A DNA stretch of 64,000 nt from Bacteroidota bacterium (GCA_030692515.1 JAUXZS010000016.1:68313-132312); one strand, 5' to 3'; shown: positions 1 through 9,191, numbered from the stretch's first letter. Numbers and translations are program-made. The notes: generated from the sequence alone by a model not told the origin.

Positions 1-531
1 GTCTTACTCACTATACCTCATGAAATAATTACCAATAAGATTTTTTTTATCAGAGGACAAAAGGTTATGCTTGATAGCGATCTTGCAGAACTTTATGAAG
101 TTGAAGCAAGAGTTTTGAATCAGGCTGTGAATAGAAATGAATACCGATTTCATGAGGATTTTAAGTTTAAACTTAGTGAAGAAGAATGGAACAACTTGAA
201 ATCACAATTTGTGACATCAAGTTGGGGAGGAAGGCGAAAGTTGCCCTTTGTATTTACTGAACATGGAGTTCTAATGCTTTCAAGTGTATTAAACAGTAGA
301 AGAGCGATTGATTTGAATATTCTGATTATGAGAGTTTTTTCACATATCCGCAAAATGCTTACAGAAAACACCGAATTGCGTTTAGCAATTGAAAAGCTAG
401 AAAAGAAAAGTGATAATCACTCTAAAAACATAGAGCTGGTTTTTAAATATCTCGACGAACTCCTCGAGAAAAAAGAAAACAATATCCCACGCAAATCTAT
501 TGGGTATAAATTACCAAATAAGAAAAGCTAA
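1..531 (+). CDS. ORF6N-domain (KilA-N-like) DNA-binding protein; the 5' end runs off the left edge of the window
   Basis: Frame 1 is open from base 1 (...IFFIRGQKV precedes the first in-frame ATG at 67). The blocks IRGQKVMLDSDLAELY, RNxxRFxxDFKFKLS and GGRRKLPFVFTEHGVLMLSSVL match the ORF6N family as I recall it. Stop TAA at 529-531. Confidence 0.7.
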   Translation, partial: VLLTIPHEIITNKIFFIRGQKVMLDSDLAELYEVEARVLNQAVNRNEYRFHEDFKFKLSEEEWNNLKSQFVTSSWGGRRKLPFVFTEHGVLMLSSVLNSRRAIDLNILIMRVFSHIRKMLTENTELRLAIEKLEKKSDNHSKNIELVFKYLDELLEKKENNIPRKSIGYKLPNKKS

Positions 532-532
532 T

Positions 533-1003
533 CTATTCAACCTTCCTTTTATCCTGTCTAAAATCTTTCCAAGTAAATACAATTGGCAGAGCTTTAACCA
601 TGATTGAAAACGCATTGATAATATATATCTGTTGATAGACTTTAAAATACAAACAACCTAAAGAATCTATTATAACCCAAAAGCTAAATGCTATAATAAT
701 AGCGTTTCTCGCCCATACTTTTTTTTCTTTAAATGGATACCAAGCTATAAAAGCTAACAAAATGTAGCAACAAGCAATAGTTCCACCAAAAGGTAAATAA
801 ACAAAGGCACGAAAAACATCAGCCTCAGGCGGAAACTCAGATGAATGCCAAAGTGAATTGGCGACCATTTTTTCGTATGGCAAAAAAAATAAATTATTTC
901 CAAGAAATGCAAATGCAATACCCGCTAAAGCAAAAATTAAACTTGAGTAGAATAACCATCTTTGCCAAAATAAAAATTGGTTGTCTTTAAAATGGTTTGC
1001 CAT
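533..1003 (-). CDS. small integral membrane protein (about 4 TM helices), last gene of the type III PKS operon
   Basis: 156-aa ORF with four long hydrophobic stretches. Its start overlaps the stop of the upstream flavoenzyme gene by 17 nt, which suggests translational coupling. I recognise no family motif. Confidence 0.5.
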   Translation of the reverse strand: MANHFKDNQFLFWQRWLFYSSLIFALAGIAFAFLGNNLFFLPYEKMVANSLWHSSEFPPEADVFRAFVYLPFGGTIACCYILLAFIAWYPFKEKKVWARNAIIIAFSFWVIIDSLGCLYFKVYQQIYIINAFSIMVKALPIVFTWKDFRQDKRKVE

Positions 1004-2105
1004 GAGTTAATTTTATTACTCTGTTTGCTAATGAAGGAAATAAATTAAAAAGTTGAATACTTAGTTTTGTTAAAAATGAAAATTCGGAAAGTTTTTGGAA
1101 ATAACGGCTTAATTTAATTCTCATGGAAAATTCTTTATTCCAAAATAATTTATAATTTTCAATTAATTGTTGTTTTGAAATTTTACTAGAAAAGTAATTA
1201 TCAAGATTAGAAGCCAATACAGAAGCCGACTTAAAACAAATACTCATCCCGTTTCCAGTAATTGGAGCAATACTTCCAGCAGAGTCTCCAAGATAAAACA
1301 CACTATCATAAATCGGAACTTTAATCCTGAAATTAATTCCACTTATTGTAACCGGCACTTTCGTAATAAACTCAGCCGTATCAAATATTCTTTTTAAATT
1401 TTTATTTTGATGCAAATATTTTTTTTCAAGTTCAAGAATAGAATTGCCTGCATTATTTAGCATTTTTGAATTTACAATATAACACAAGCAAGATTTACCA
1501 TCTTCTACATTTGAAATCCCACAATAGCCTCCAGGGAAATTATGTATTTCAATTTGCGTTGCATCCCTTTCCATTTTTATATGATACTTTACACCAATAT
1601 AATTTGTTCGAACGCGCGAGCTAATATTTTCTTTGGCTTCAAAATTTGATTTTCTTCCAGATGAGTTGCAAACAATAGTTGAAATGTAATTATTTGAATT
1701 TGTTGTAACGGAATAATCATTGGTATTAAAATCAAACTTAACTTCTAATGCCTTTTCATTAAGCGCAAAAACAACACCTAGATTTTTTGCTTCAATAAAA
1801 AGCAAATTTTCCAGTAGGTAACGACTAATGCCAAACCCACCTAAATCAAGAATAGTTTTAAACTCCCTCTCACCAATTGAACTTAATTTAAATTTATTTA
1901 TTAAAGGTAAATTTCTATTTTTTAGTTCAGGGCAAATAGTTTTTAAATAATCGTATGATTCCATTGAGATATATTCTCCACAAACTTTATTGCGTGGGTA
2001 ATCACCTTTCTCAATTACTACAATTGTGTACCCTCTTTTTCTAAGGTCAATTGCCAAAGATAATCCTGCAAGTCCGCCGCCAATTATGGTTACATCATAC
2101 TTCAT
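987..2105 (-). CDS. FAD-dependent oxidoreductase (flavin monooxygenase / geranylgeranyl-reductase-like)
   Basis: N-terminal dinucleotide fold VTIIGGGLAGLSLA...VIEKG and the GDSAGSIAPITGNGMS flavoprotein motif. Its ATGA start/stop overlaps the methyltransferase gene. Confidence 0.75.
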   Translation of the reverse strand: MKYDVTIIGGGLAGLSLAIDLRKRGYTIVVIEKGDYPRNKVCGEYISMESYDYLKTICPELKNRNLPLINKFKLSSIGEREFKTILDLGGFGISRYLLENLLFIEAKNLGVVFALNEKALEVKFDFNTNDYSVTTNSNNYISTIVCNSSGRKSNFEAKENISSRVRTNYIGVKYHIKMERDATQIEIHNFPGGYCGISNVEDGKSCLCYIVNSKMLNNAGNSILELEKKYLHQNKNLKRIFDTAEFITKVPVTISGINFRIKVPIYDSVFYLGDSAGSIAPITGNGMSICFKSASVLASNLDNYFSSKISKQQLIENYKLFWNKEFSMRIKLSRYFQKLSEFSFLTKLSIQLFNLFPSLANRVIKLTHGKPF

Positions 2106-2800
2106 TTGTAAGCAACTAATCGGTATCTAAATGCCCAAGTCCACTTTATGGTATATTCATTAAACCCTGCTTTTTTAATTAAGGTAATTAATTCCTGTTT
2201 TTTAAATCCTCTTTTTACAGATAGAGGCGCATCGTTTTTTACTAAATAAGATTTTGAGAATAGTGCAGTAAAAAATTTTATAGAGTAATAAGCAAAGCAA
2301 TGGCGATGTAGGTCGTTAACTAAAACAATACAATTATTTGCCTTACTAAACTTAAATAAATCTATTATTTCGTCATCTTTAAGATGATGAAGAAATAGAC
2401 TACAATGAATTACATCAATCTTATTTAAAAGTTCATCCGAAATATTTCGATAGTCATTACAAATTAATTCCTTATTCTGAAATTCTAAAAGATTATCTTT
2501 TGCATAATTTACACAATCCACTTTTAAATCTACTCCGTAAAAAAATAACTTTAAATTCAACTTATCAGCAAATAAAGAAAGTTGCTTTATAGAATCACCG
2601 CCTCCAAAGCCAATATCTAAAATAGTTTTAACTTGTTTTTTTGTTTTTAAAATATCGTTTAAACCTTTTAAAGAAGCATTATATCCGCCTAAATACTTAT
2701 TAATAATATCTAATTCTAATAAATTTCTATAAAGATCTTTGGTTTCAATAATGCTATTGTCCAAATATTCCTTTTCGTAAGATCTAACACTCAACAGCAT
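2102..2800 (-). CDS. class I SAM-dependent methyltransferase
   Basis: SAM motif I ILDIGFGGGD, followed by the acidic-loop and post-I pattern of class I methyltransferases. Overlaps the PKS gene by 17 nt. Confidence 0.75.
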   Translation of the reverse strand: MLLSVRSYEKEYLDNSIIETKDLYRNLLELDIINKYLGGYNASLKGLNDILKTKKQVKTILDIGFGGGDSIKQLSLFADKLNLKLFFYGVDLKVDCVNYAKDNLLEFQNKELICNDYRNISDELLNKIDVIHCSLFLHHLKDDEIIDLFKFSKANNCIVLVNDLHRHCFAYYSIKFFTALFSKSYLVKNDAPLSVKRGFKKQELITLIKKAGFNEYTIKWTWAFRYRLVAYK

Positions 2801-3926
2801 GACGTTTTATTTGCTCTAATTTATTAGGATGAGAAGTATATACCGATGAAAAACTAATCATTTCAATGCTTAATCCGGGACCAAAAGCACAACAAAATAT
2901 TTTTTTATTTTCAATAGAATCAGCATCCTTTATTTTATCAAATACTTTTTCTAAAACAAACAAAATAGTAGGCGACGACATATTACCATATTGTTTTAAA
3001 ACATTCAATGAATCTTCTACATCCTCTTCGCTCAAATTTAAACTTTCCTTAACCGCTTGCACAATTTTAACACCGCCTGGATGTATTGCCCAATAATCGG
3101 GTTTGCTGTCAATTAAAAAATCAGTTACAACAGGGTATATATTATCCTTAATAGAATTTACAATCTTTTTGTTAAGATACATCCTAAACGCTGAGGATGA
3201 AATATCCCAAGTCATCAAATCTAATGTATTTGGAATGTAGGACGATCCTATTTCATCAATATTTAAAACTATTCTATTTCCTGAATGTTTATAACCATCT
3301 CCACACACAAATGTTGCCGCAGCTCCATCTGCAAATAACAAATTAGCAATTATATCTTCATCAGATAATGAAGGCGAAAAATGTAACGAGCATAATTCCG
3401 CACTAATAATAAGCACACAAGCATCAGGACTTGCCTCTGCAATATATTTTGCATGTTTAAGCGCTTTAATAGCTGCATAACAACCTAAAAAATTTAAAGC
3501 CAATTTTTCTGTATGTTGAAGTCCATGATTTTCTGCTACTAAAAACTCAAAACCTGGCGCGAATAAGCCCGTGCAGCTAACAGTAATTAAATGAGTAACT
3601 TCTTTAGGCTTTATATCCGTTTTTGCAAACAATTTTTCAATTGCCATCGAGGCAAGAGGCATAATTTTTTTTTTATATAATTCCGTTCTTCTTTCAACGC
3701 TTTGATTAAAATTTTTCTCGGTAAATAACTCGTAATCCCTTCCGTTAAAGTCGGGTATGCAACTATAGCGTTTTTGTATTTTTGTTTTTTCATTTAACAG
3801 CGTCAACTTTTGTTTATTTGAATCTGCATCCTTTGATAGTAAAGCCCTTGAATAAAACTCTACTAACTCTTCGCTTGAAACTGTGTACTCAGGAACAGCG
3901 GTTGCTATATCAATTATATATGCCAT
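2784..3926 (-). CDS. type III polyketide synthase (chalcone/stilbene synthase superfamily)
   Basis: The Cys-His-Asn triad sits in the expected contexts: VSCTGLFAPG, WAIHPGG and YGNMSSPT. Length is 380 aa. Confidence 0.85.
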   Translation of the reverse strand: MAYIIDIATAVPEYTVSSEELVEFYSRALLSKDADSNKQKLTLLNEKTKIQKRYSCIPDFNGRDYELFTEKNFNQSVERRTELYKKKIMPLASMAIEKLFAKTDIKPKEVTHLITVSCTGLFAPGFEFLVAENHGLQHTEKLALNFLGCYAAIKALKHAKYIAEASPDACVLIISAELCSLHFSPSLSDEDIIANLLFADGAAATFVCGDGYKHSGNRIVLNIDEIGSSYIPNTLDLMTWDISSSAFRMYLNKKIVNSIKDNIYPVVTDFLIDSKPDYWAIHPGGVKIVQAVKESLNLSEEDVEDSLNVLKQYGNMSSPTILFVLEKVFDKIKDADSIENKKIFCCAFGPGLSIEMISFSSVYTSHPNKLEQIKRHAVEC

Positions 3927-3932
3927 ATGGTT

Positions 3933-4784
3933 TTATTTTAATAACAACAAAATGAAATAAATATTGTTTAACACAGATGACAGAACTAGCATTATCATTG
4001 TATTTTTAAAATTAATGTGCCGTTCACTTTTAAATGATTTTACCATCCATATTAAAAAAAATAGCGTAGCGGGCAACATAATAACAATATAAAGCAAAAA
4101 ATTATTTATCATAACGGGGCTGCTAAACGATAAATAAACAAACAATGTCGCTATTGAAAACATTAATCCAGAAAAAATAAACGTTCCCCTCTTTCCTAGC
4201 ATCATGCTTAGAGTTTTTACACCATCATTCTTATCAGCTTGATGTTGGTATATTTGAGTAATAGGATAAACAGTTCCTATAAAAAAAGATGAAGCTATTG
4301 CCGAAAATATAACAGATTTATTTGATAGTAAGGTAACAGAAGAAAGCGCGAAAAAATTGGCAAAAAACACCCAAGCACCTTGAAAAATAAAAACAATTAA
4401 AAATCCTACAATTGGAAATTTTTTTAATCGAATTTTTCTATAACTATAAAGACGAGATGCAAGTATATATAATACAACAAAAAAAGCAAATGATGCATTA
4501 ACTATAAAAGAAAGTAAAACCGCTGTAACGTCAAACAAATTTGACATCTGCAAAAGCAGGCCTGTTGGCTTGGGTGGCGCTGCTAAACCGCCGATTGGTC
4601 CATCATCCATATCGTTATAACTATTATAGCCATTACTGGATGGAAAAACTAACAGATGCCAAATTATTAAAACAAGTATTAATTGATAATTGAAATCAGG
4701 TTGAATATAAAAAAATGAAAATAGAGATATAGGCAGTAAAAAAACTGAAAAAGGAAATCTTAAAAGCTTAATTGTGTCATACAT
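3933..4784 (-). CDS. UbiA-family aromatic prenyltransferase (polytopic membrane protein)
   Basis: About 8-9 hydrophobic helices and two Asp-rich motifs, NSYNDMDDG and QHQADKNDG. It lies 6 nt upstream of the PKS gene. Confidence 0.75.
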   Translation of the reverse strand: MYDTIKLLRFPFSVFLLPISLFSFFYIQPDFNYQLILVLIIWHLLVFPSSNGYNSYNDMDDGPIGGLAAPPKPTGLLLQMSNLFDVTAVLLSFIVNASFAFFVVLYILASRLYSYRKIRLKKFPIVGFLIVFIFQGAWVFFANFFALSSVTLLSNKSVIFSAIASSFFIGTVYPITQIYQHQADKNDGVKTLSMMLGKRGTFIFSGLMFSIATLFVYLSFSSPVMINNFLLYIVIMLPATLFFLIWMVKSFKSERHINFKNTMIMLVLSSVLNNIYFILLLLK

Positions 4785-5096
4785 TCAATTGTAAATCTAA
4801 TCTAATTTTATTTATCACTAAAATTACTTGGGCGTAAGGCTAGAAAATTACATAACTCTTAAAATATTTTACATTATTCACGCATTTTATGCTTTTGCCT
4901 TCACATCCGTAAGTCGTATGTGTATAATACCTATCATAAGCTCTTTAATGAACCATTGATTGAACTCTTTTGAATCCTAAGCCCTGACCTACTAAATTTT
5001 ATTTGAATTTATTCGTCTACAAATCCTTTCCATTAAATTAACATTAGTTTAAATTAATTTTTTACAACTTTATGCTACATAAATTGTTTAGTAAAG

Positions 5097-6191
5097 GTGT
5101 TAGGATACAGATTTAAAAATTTTATTGCCGATCCAAAATCGAAGTTTGATGAATTGTTTAAGATTTTTAAACAGCTCATTACGCACACCAGTGGCGATGT
5201 GGAAGAAGCGCTAGATTGGTTTAAACAACTCGATAAAGAGTATGAGTTAACTAATAAAGATTACACCTTAGATGATTTTATTGCTGAACTAAAAAAACGT
5301 GGGTATTTACGTGATAAAAAAGATGGCACAGGCGGCATGGCAATTACCCCTAAAACCGAACAAGCTATTCGCAACAATGCCTTAGAACATATTTTTGGAA
5401 AATTAAAAAAAGGGGCTTCCGGAAATCATAAAACAAAATTTACCGGCAAAAATGGCGAGGAAACAAGCAGCGATTTAAGAGCTTATGAGTTTGGCGATTC
5501 GCCACAAAGTATTGCCATGATAGACTCGATTAAACAAGCGCAAATAAATAACGGCACCGAAAATTTTATTTTAACCGAAAATGATTTATTGGTTGGCGAA
5601 CAAGAATTTAAAACGCAAACCGCTACTGTGTTAATGATTGATATTAGTCATAGTATGATATTATATGGCGAAGACAGAATAACACCCGCAAAAATGGTGG
5701 CGATGGCAATGGCCGAAATGATTAAACGCAATTACTCAAAAGATAGTTTGGATATTATTGTGTTTGGAAATGATGCTTGGCCAATTCAAGTTAAAGACTT
5801 ACCCTATTTACAAGTTGGGCCTTATCACACAAATACTGTTGCGGGTCTTGAGTTGGCAATGTCTATTTTAAGAAAAAAGAAAGCTAGCAACAAACAAATT
5901 TTTATGATTACCGATGGTAAGCCATCTTGCTTAAAAGAGAATGGGCAATATTACATGAACAGTAATGGCTTAGATAGACGTATTGTAAATAAATGTTTAA
6001 CACTTGCGGCAGCTTGTAAACGAAGTAAAATTGACATAACTACTTTTATGGTTGCTAACGATAGATATTTACAAAATTTTATTGATGAGTTTACTGAAGC
6101 CAACCAAGGCAAAGCATATTTTACTGGATTAAAGGGTTTAGGTGAAATGATTTTTAGAGATTACACAAATAAGAAACGAAAGAAAATATGA
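5097..6191 (+). CDS. von Willebrand factor A (VWA) domain protein
   Basis: MIDAS-type motif LMIDISHSM, later TNTVAGL and FMITDGKPS, typical of VWA folds. GTG start at 5097, so the start is uncertain. Confidence 0.7.
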   Translation: MLGYRFKNFIADPKSKFDELFKIFKQLITHTSGDVEEALDWFKQLDKEYELTNKDYTLDDFIAELKKRGYLRDKKDGTGGMAITPKTEQAIRNNALEHIFGKLKKGASGNHKTKFTGKNGEETSSDLRAYEFGDSPQSIAMIDSIKQAQINNGTENFILTENDLLVGEQEFKTQTATVLMIDISHSMILYGEDRITPAKMVAMAMAEMIKRNYSKDSLDIIVFGNDAWPIQVKDLPYLQVGPYHTNTVAGLELAMSILRKKKASNKQIFMITDGKPSCLKENGQYYMNSNGLDRRIVNKCLTLAAACKRSKIDITTFMVANDRYLQNFIDEFTEANQGKAYFTGLKGLGEMIFRDYTNKKRKKI

Positions 6192-6215
6192 TTAAAAAAA
6201 GTTTTAATAATAGTT

Positions 6216-6275
6216 TGTCATTTCGACGGTAGGAGAAATCTCGTTTACTAAGACCCTTCCTTCGTCAGGATGACA
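6216..6275. repeat. palindromic intergenic element (TGTCATTTCGACGG...CCTTCGTCAGGATGACA)
   Basis: Imperfect 17-18-nt inverted arms around a 25-nt spacer, between the VWA and ATPase genes. It resembles the TGTCAT(T/C)(T/C)(C/T)GAC...GTC..GATGACA hairpin repeats common in Bacteroidota intergenic regions. Confidence 0.5.
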
Positions 6276-6325
6276 AAAAAGATAGTTAAAAAGCACAAAA
6301 TAATATTCACGAAAAAAATTAAAAT

Positions 6326-7804
6326 ATGAGTCAACCTACAATAAAAACATTAGGCGAATTAAAAAAAACAGATTACAAATTTTTAAGTATTAAGGATGAG
6401 CTTCGCGAAAATTTAATTAGCAAGCTTAAAAACAAACAACCCATTTTTGATGGTATTTTTGGTTACGAAGAAACTGTTATTCCCGAAATTGAACGCGCCA
6501 TTTTAAGTCACCATAACATTTTATTTTTAGGCTTACGAGGTCAAGCAAAAACAAAAATGGCTAGGCAATTAGTAAATTTATTAGATGAATATATTCCGGT
6601 TATTGCCGGTAGTCCTTTAAACGACGACCCTTTACAACCGATCTCTAATTTTGCTAAAAATTTAATTACCGAAAAAGCAGAAGCAACACCAATAACTTGG
6701 ATTCACAGAAGCGAACGCTTTGCCGAAAAATTAGCAACGCCAGATGTAAGCGTAGCCGATTTAATTGGCGACTTAGATCCCATTAAAGCTGCAAATTTAA
6801 AATTATCTTTTGCTGATGAAAACGTAATTCATTACGGATTAATTCCTCGCAGTAATCGTTTTATTTTTGTCATTAACGAACTACCCGATTTGCAAGCGCG
6901 TTTGCAAGTTGCACTCTTTAATATTTTACAAGAAGGCGATGTGCAAATTAGAGGGTTTAATTTACGCATACCTTTAGATTTACAATTTGTGTTTACAGCA
7001 AACCCCGAAGACTACACCAATCGCGGAAGTATTGTAACACCGCTTAAAGATAGAATTGGCTCTCAAATATTAACGCATTATCCAAAATCAATAGAACACT
7101 CAAAACAAATTACACAAGACCAAGCGAAATTAAACAAGCAACAAAAACAAATAGAAGTTCCTGAAATTTTAAAAAATTTAGTAGAGCAAATTGCGATTGA
7201 AGCTCGCACGAGTGAATTTGTAGATTCTAAAAGTGGCGTTAGTGCCCGTTTAACTATTAGCGCTTACGAAAGTTTAATTAGCGCTGCAGAATTACGTTTT
7301 TTGAAAAATGATTTGCCATACTCGTATGCACGCATAAGCGACTTATACTCAGCGGTGCCTGCTATAAACGGAAAAATAGAATTAGTGTACGAGGGCGAAC
7401 AAGAAGGTCCTGCAATTATTGCGCAAAACTTAATTAGTTTAGCAATAAGAAATACATTTGTTCAATTGTTTCCAGACCCTGAAAAATTAAAACGTAAAAA
7501 AGAACAGTCAGATTATGCCACCATCATTAATTGGTTTTCGTCAAATAATATTTTAGACTTGTTAGAAAATGAAAATGATAAAGTGTATTCTTCTGCATTA
7601 CTTGTTGTAGAAGGATTAGAAGACTTGATTACAAAATATCATCCCAATGTAAAAGGCGCTGATAAATTTGTGTTGATGGAATTTGCCTTACACGGCTTAG
7701 CAGAACACTCTTTACTAAGTAAAAATAAATTAGTAGATGGCACCAGCTTTAAAGATTTGTTTGGCTCTCTTTTAAATCAGAATTTAAATTTTGATAAAGG
7801 ATAA
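6326..7804 (+). CDS. AAA+ ATPase of the Mg-chelatase (BchI/ChlI)-like class with atypical Walker motifs
   Basis: ILFLGLRGQAKTKMARQLVNLL aligns by eye with the BchI P-loop region. FIFVINELPDLQ...LFNILQEG..QIRG aligns with BchI Walker B and sensor blocks. Confidence 0.6.
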   Translation: MSQPTIKTLGELKKTDYKFLSIKDELRENLISKLKNKQPIFDGIFGYEETVIPEIERAILSHHNILFLGLRGQAKTKMARQLVNLLDEYIPVIAGSPLNDDPLQPISNFAKNLITEKAEATPITWIHRSERFAEKLATPDVSVADLIGDLDPIKAANLKLSFADENVIHYGLIPRSNRFIFVINELPDLQARLQVALFNILQEGDVQIRGFNLRIPLDLQFVFTANPEDYTNRGSIVTPLKDRIGSQILTHYPKSIEHSKQITQDQAKLNKQQKQIEVPEILKNLVEQIAIEARTSEFVDSKSGVSARLTISAYESLISAAELRFLKNDLPYSYARISDLYSAVPAINGKIELVYEGEQEGPAIIAQNLISLAIRNTFVQLFPDPEKLKRKKEQSDYATIINWFSSNNILDLLENENDKVYSSALLVVEGLEDLITKYHPNVKGADKFVLMEFALHGLAEHSLLSKNKLVDGTSFKDLFGSLLNQNLNFDKG

Positions 7805-7806
7805 AA

Positions 7807-8301
7807 TTAAACCATAAAACTATTTCTTAGGGCAAGCATTTTAATTGCGGTAATTGCGGCTTCATCTCCTTTGTTACCGTACTTTCCACCCGAACGGTCA
7901 AGAGCTTGTTGTTGATTATTTGGTGTTAACACACCAAAAATAAAAGGAATATTATAGTTGATATTCAAATCGGTAATTCCTTTTGCAACAGCGTCGCAAA
8001 TAAAATCAAAGTGGCGAGTCTCGCCTTGTATCACACAACCTAAACAAATAACAGCATCCACATCGGTGGCCTCCGCTATATACTGAGCACCAAGAGTTAA
8101 TTCAAAACTGCCTGGCACTTCGCGAATAATAATATTTTCTTTTTCAGCGCCATTCGCTAACAAAGTTTTTACAGCGCCTTCTTTAAGCGCATTGGTTATT
8201 TCGTGATTCCATTCCGAGCAAACTATTCCAAATTTAAAATATTTTGCGTTTGGAATTTGACTGCCTTCTGTTTGCGATAAGTTTTTGTTTACACTGCTCA
8301 T
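7807..8301 (-). CDS. ribH: 6,7-dimethyl-8-ribityllumazine synthase
   Basis: FGIVCSEWNHEIT, VPGSFELTLGA, VICLGCVIQGETRHFDF and GVLTPNN are hallmark RibH blocks. Confidence 0.9.
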   Translation of the reverse strand: MSSVNKNLSQTEGSQIPNAKYFKFGIVCSEWNHEITNALKEGAVKTLLANGAEKENIIIREVPGSFELTLGAQYIAEATDVDAVICLGCVIQGETRHFDFICDAVAKGITDLNINYNIPFIFGVLTPNNQQQALDRSGGKYGNKGDEAAITAIKMLALRNSFMV

Positions 8302-8380
8302 AGTTTCTAAAAAAATATTGTTAACGTCAGTTCGAGTGCCTTTTCGCTTTGCCTCTTGCGAAAAATTTCATAGAGAAAAT

Positions 8381-8410
8381 AAAAAAGTCTGCTTGTAGGC
8401 AGACTTTTTA
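8381..8410 (-). terminator. intrinsic terminator downstream of the TPR gene and upstream of ribH
   Basis: AGTCTGC / GCAGACT 7-bp stem with a 6-nt loop, flanked by an A-run and a T-run. On the minus strand the stem is followed by TTTTTT. Confidence 0.65.
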
Positions 8411-8426
8411 TCAAAAAAAATATTAA

Positions 8427-9191
8427 TTATAAATTTCCTAAGGCTTTAACTTTTGCGATATCTCTTTCAATTTCTTTTCCTTCATTGCTTTTTGTATATT
8501 CTTTTTGAATACGCTCGTATAAAGCTAATGCCTCAGAAAAATTAGCTTTTTGCTCATAAGCAAAACCAGCTTTTTTAAGATAATAAGGCGTTGTAAAATC
8601 ATTTTCGCTTTTATCTGCAGCTTTTAAATAAAATTTAATGGCGTCATCAACTTTATTTAATTCCATATTACAATCTCCAACAGCTCCAATTGCTATAGGC
8701 GCAACCATCTCATCATCTCCATCATATTTTTGCAAAAACTCAATTGCTTGCTCATACTTACCTGTGCGCAAATAACAAATCCCAGCGCAATAATTAGCTA
8801 GGCTTCCTGTTTTTGTCATGCTGTATTCGTCTGCAATTTGCTCAAAACCCATTATTGTTTTCTGACCATCTGGCGACATTACAGTTACTCCACCTTTTAA
8901 AGCAATGTTAAAACTATCTGCTTCAAAATAATTTTGAGCCCAAAAAATTTCATTAGACGCTTCGTTTTCTTTTTCAGGCAAATACATCATTTTAAAATAT
9001 ACTATAGCAGCAATTAACACCAATGCTCCACCACCAACGTAAGTAACCATCTTTTTATTTTTCTCATAAAAAAGCTGTATTCCTTGCAGGCTAGGGTCAA
9101 TAGGTTTATTGGGAGTTTCCTCTACTGTTTCTTCGATATTTTCGTTTATCTCAGTATTATCTACAGTTGTTTCGTCTTTTAAATCAGCCAT
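8427..9191 (-). CDS. membrane-anchored tetratricopeptide-repeat protein
   Basis: One TM helix (VTYVGGGALVLIAAIVYF) followed by TPR-like repeats (AIEFLQKY, AIKFYLKAA, ALALYERI). Confidence 0.6.
   Translation of the reverse strand: MADLKDETTVDNTEINENIEETVEETPNKPIDPSLQGIQLFYEKNKKMVTYVGGGALVLIAAIVYFKMMYLPEKENEASNEIFWAQNYFEADSFNIALKGGVTVMSPDGQKTIMGFEQIADEYSMTKTGSLANYCAGICYLRTGKYEQAIEFLQKYDGDDEMVAPIAIGAVGDCNMELNKVDDAIKFYLKAADKSENDFTTPYYLKKAGFAYEQKANFSEALALYERIQKEYTKSNEGKEIERDIAKVKALGNL

Noticed and set aside
8302-8426. A possible FMN riboswitch upstream of ribH.
   Set aside because: The leader is only about 125 nt and is mostly occupied by the upstream gene's terminator and a repeat-type hairpin. 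I could not find the conserved FMN-aptamer strings (for example GGGCAGGGTGAAATTCCC-like or CCGGCGGT-like segments).
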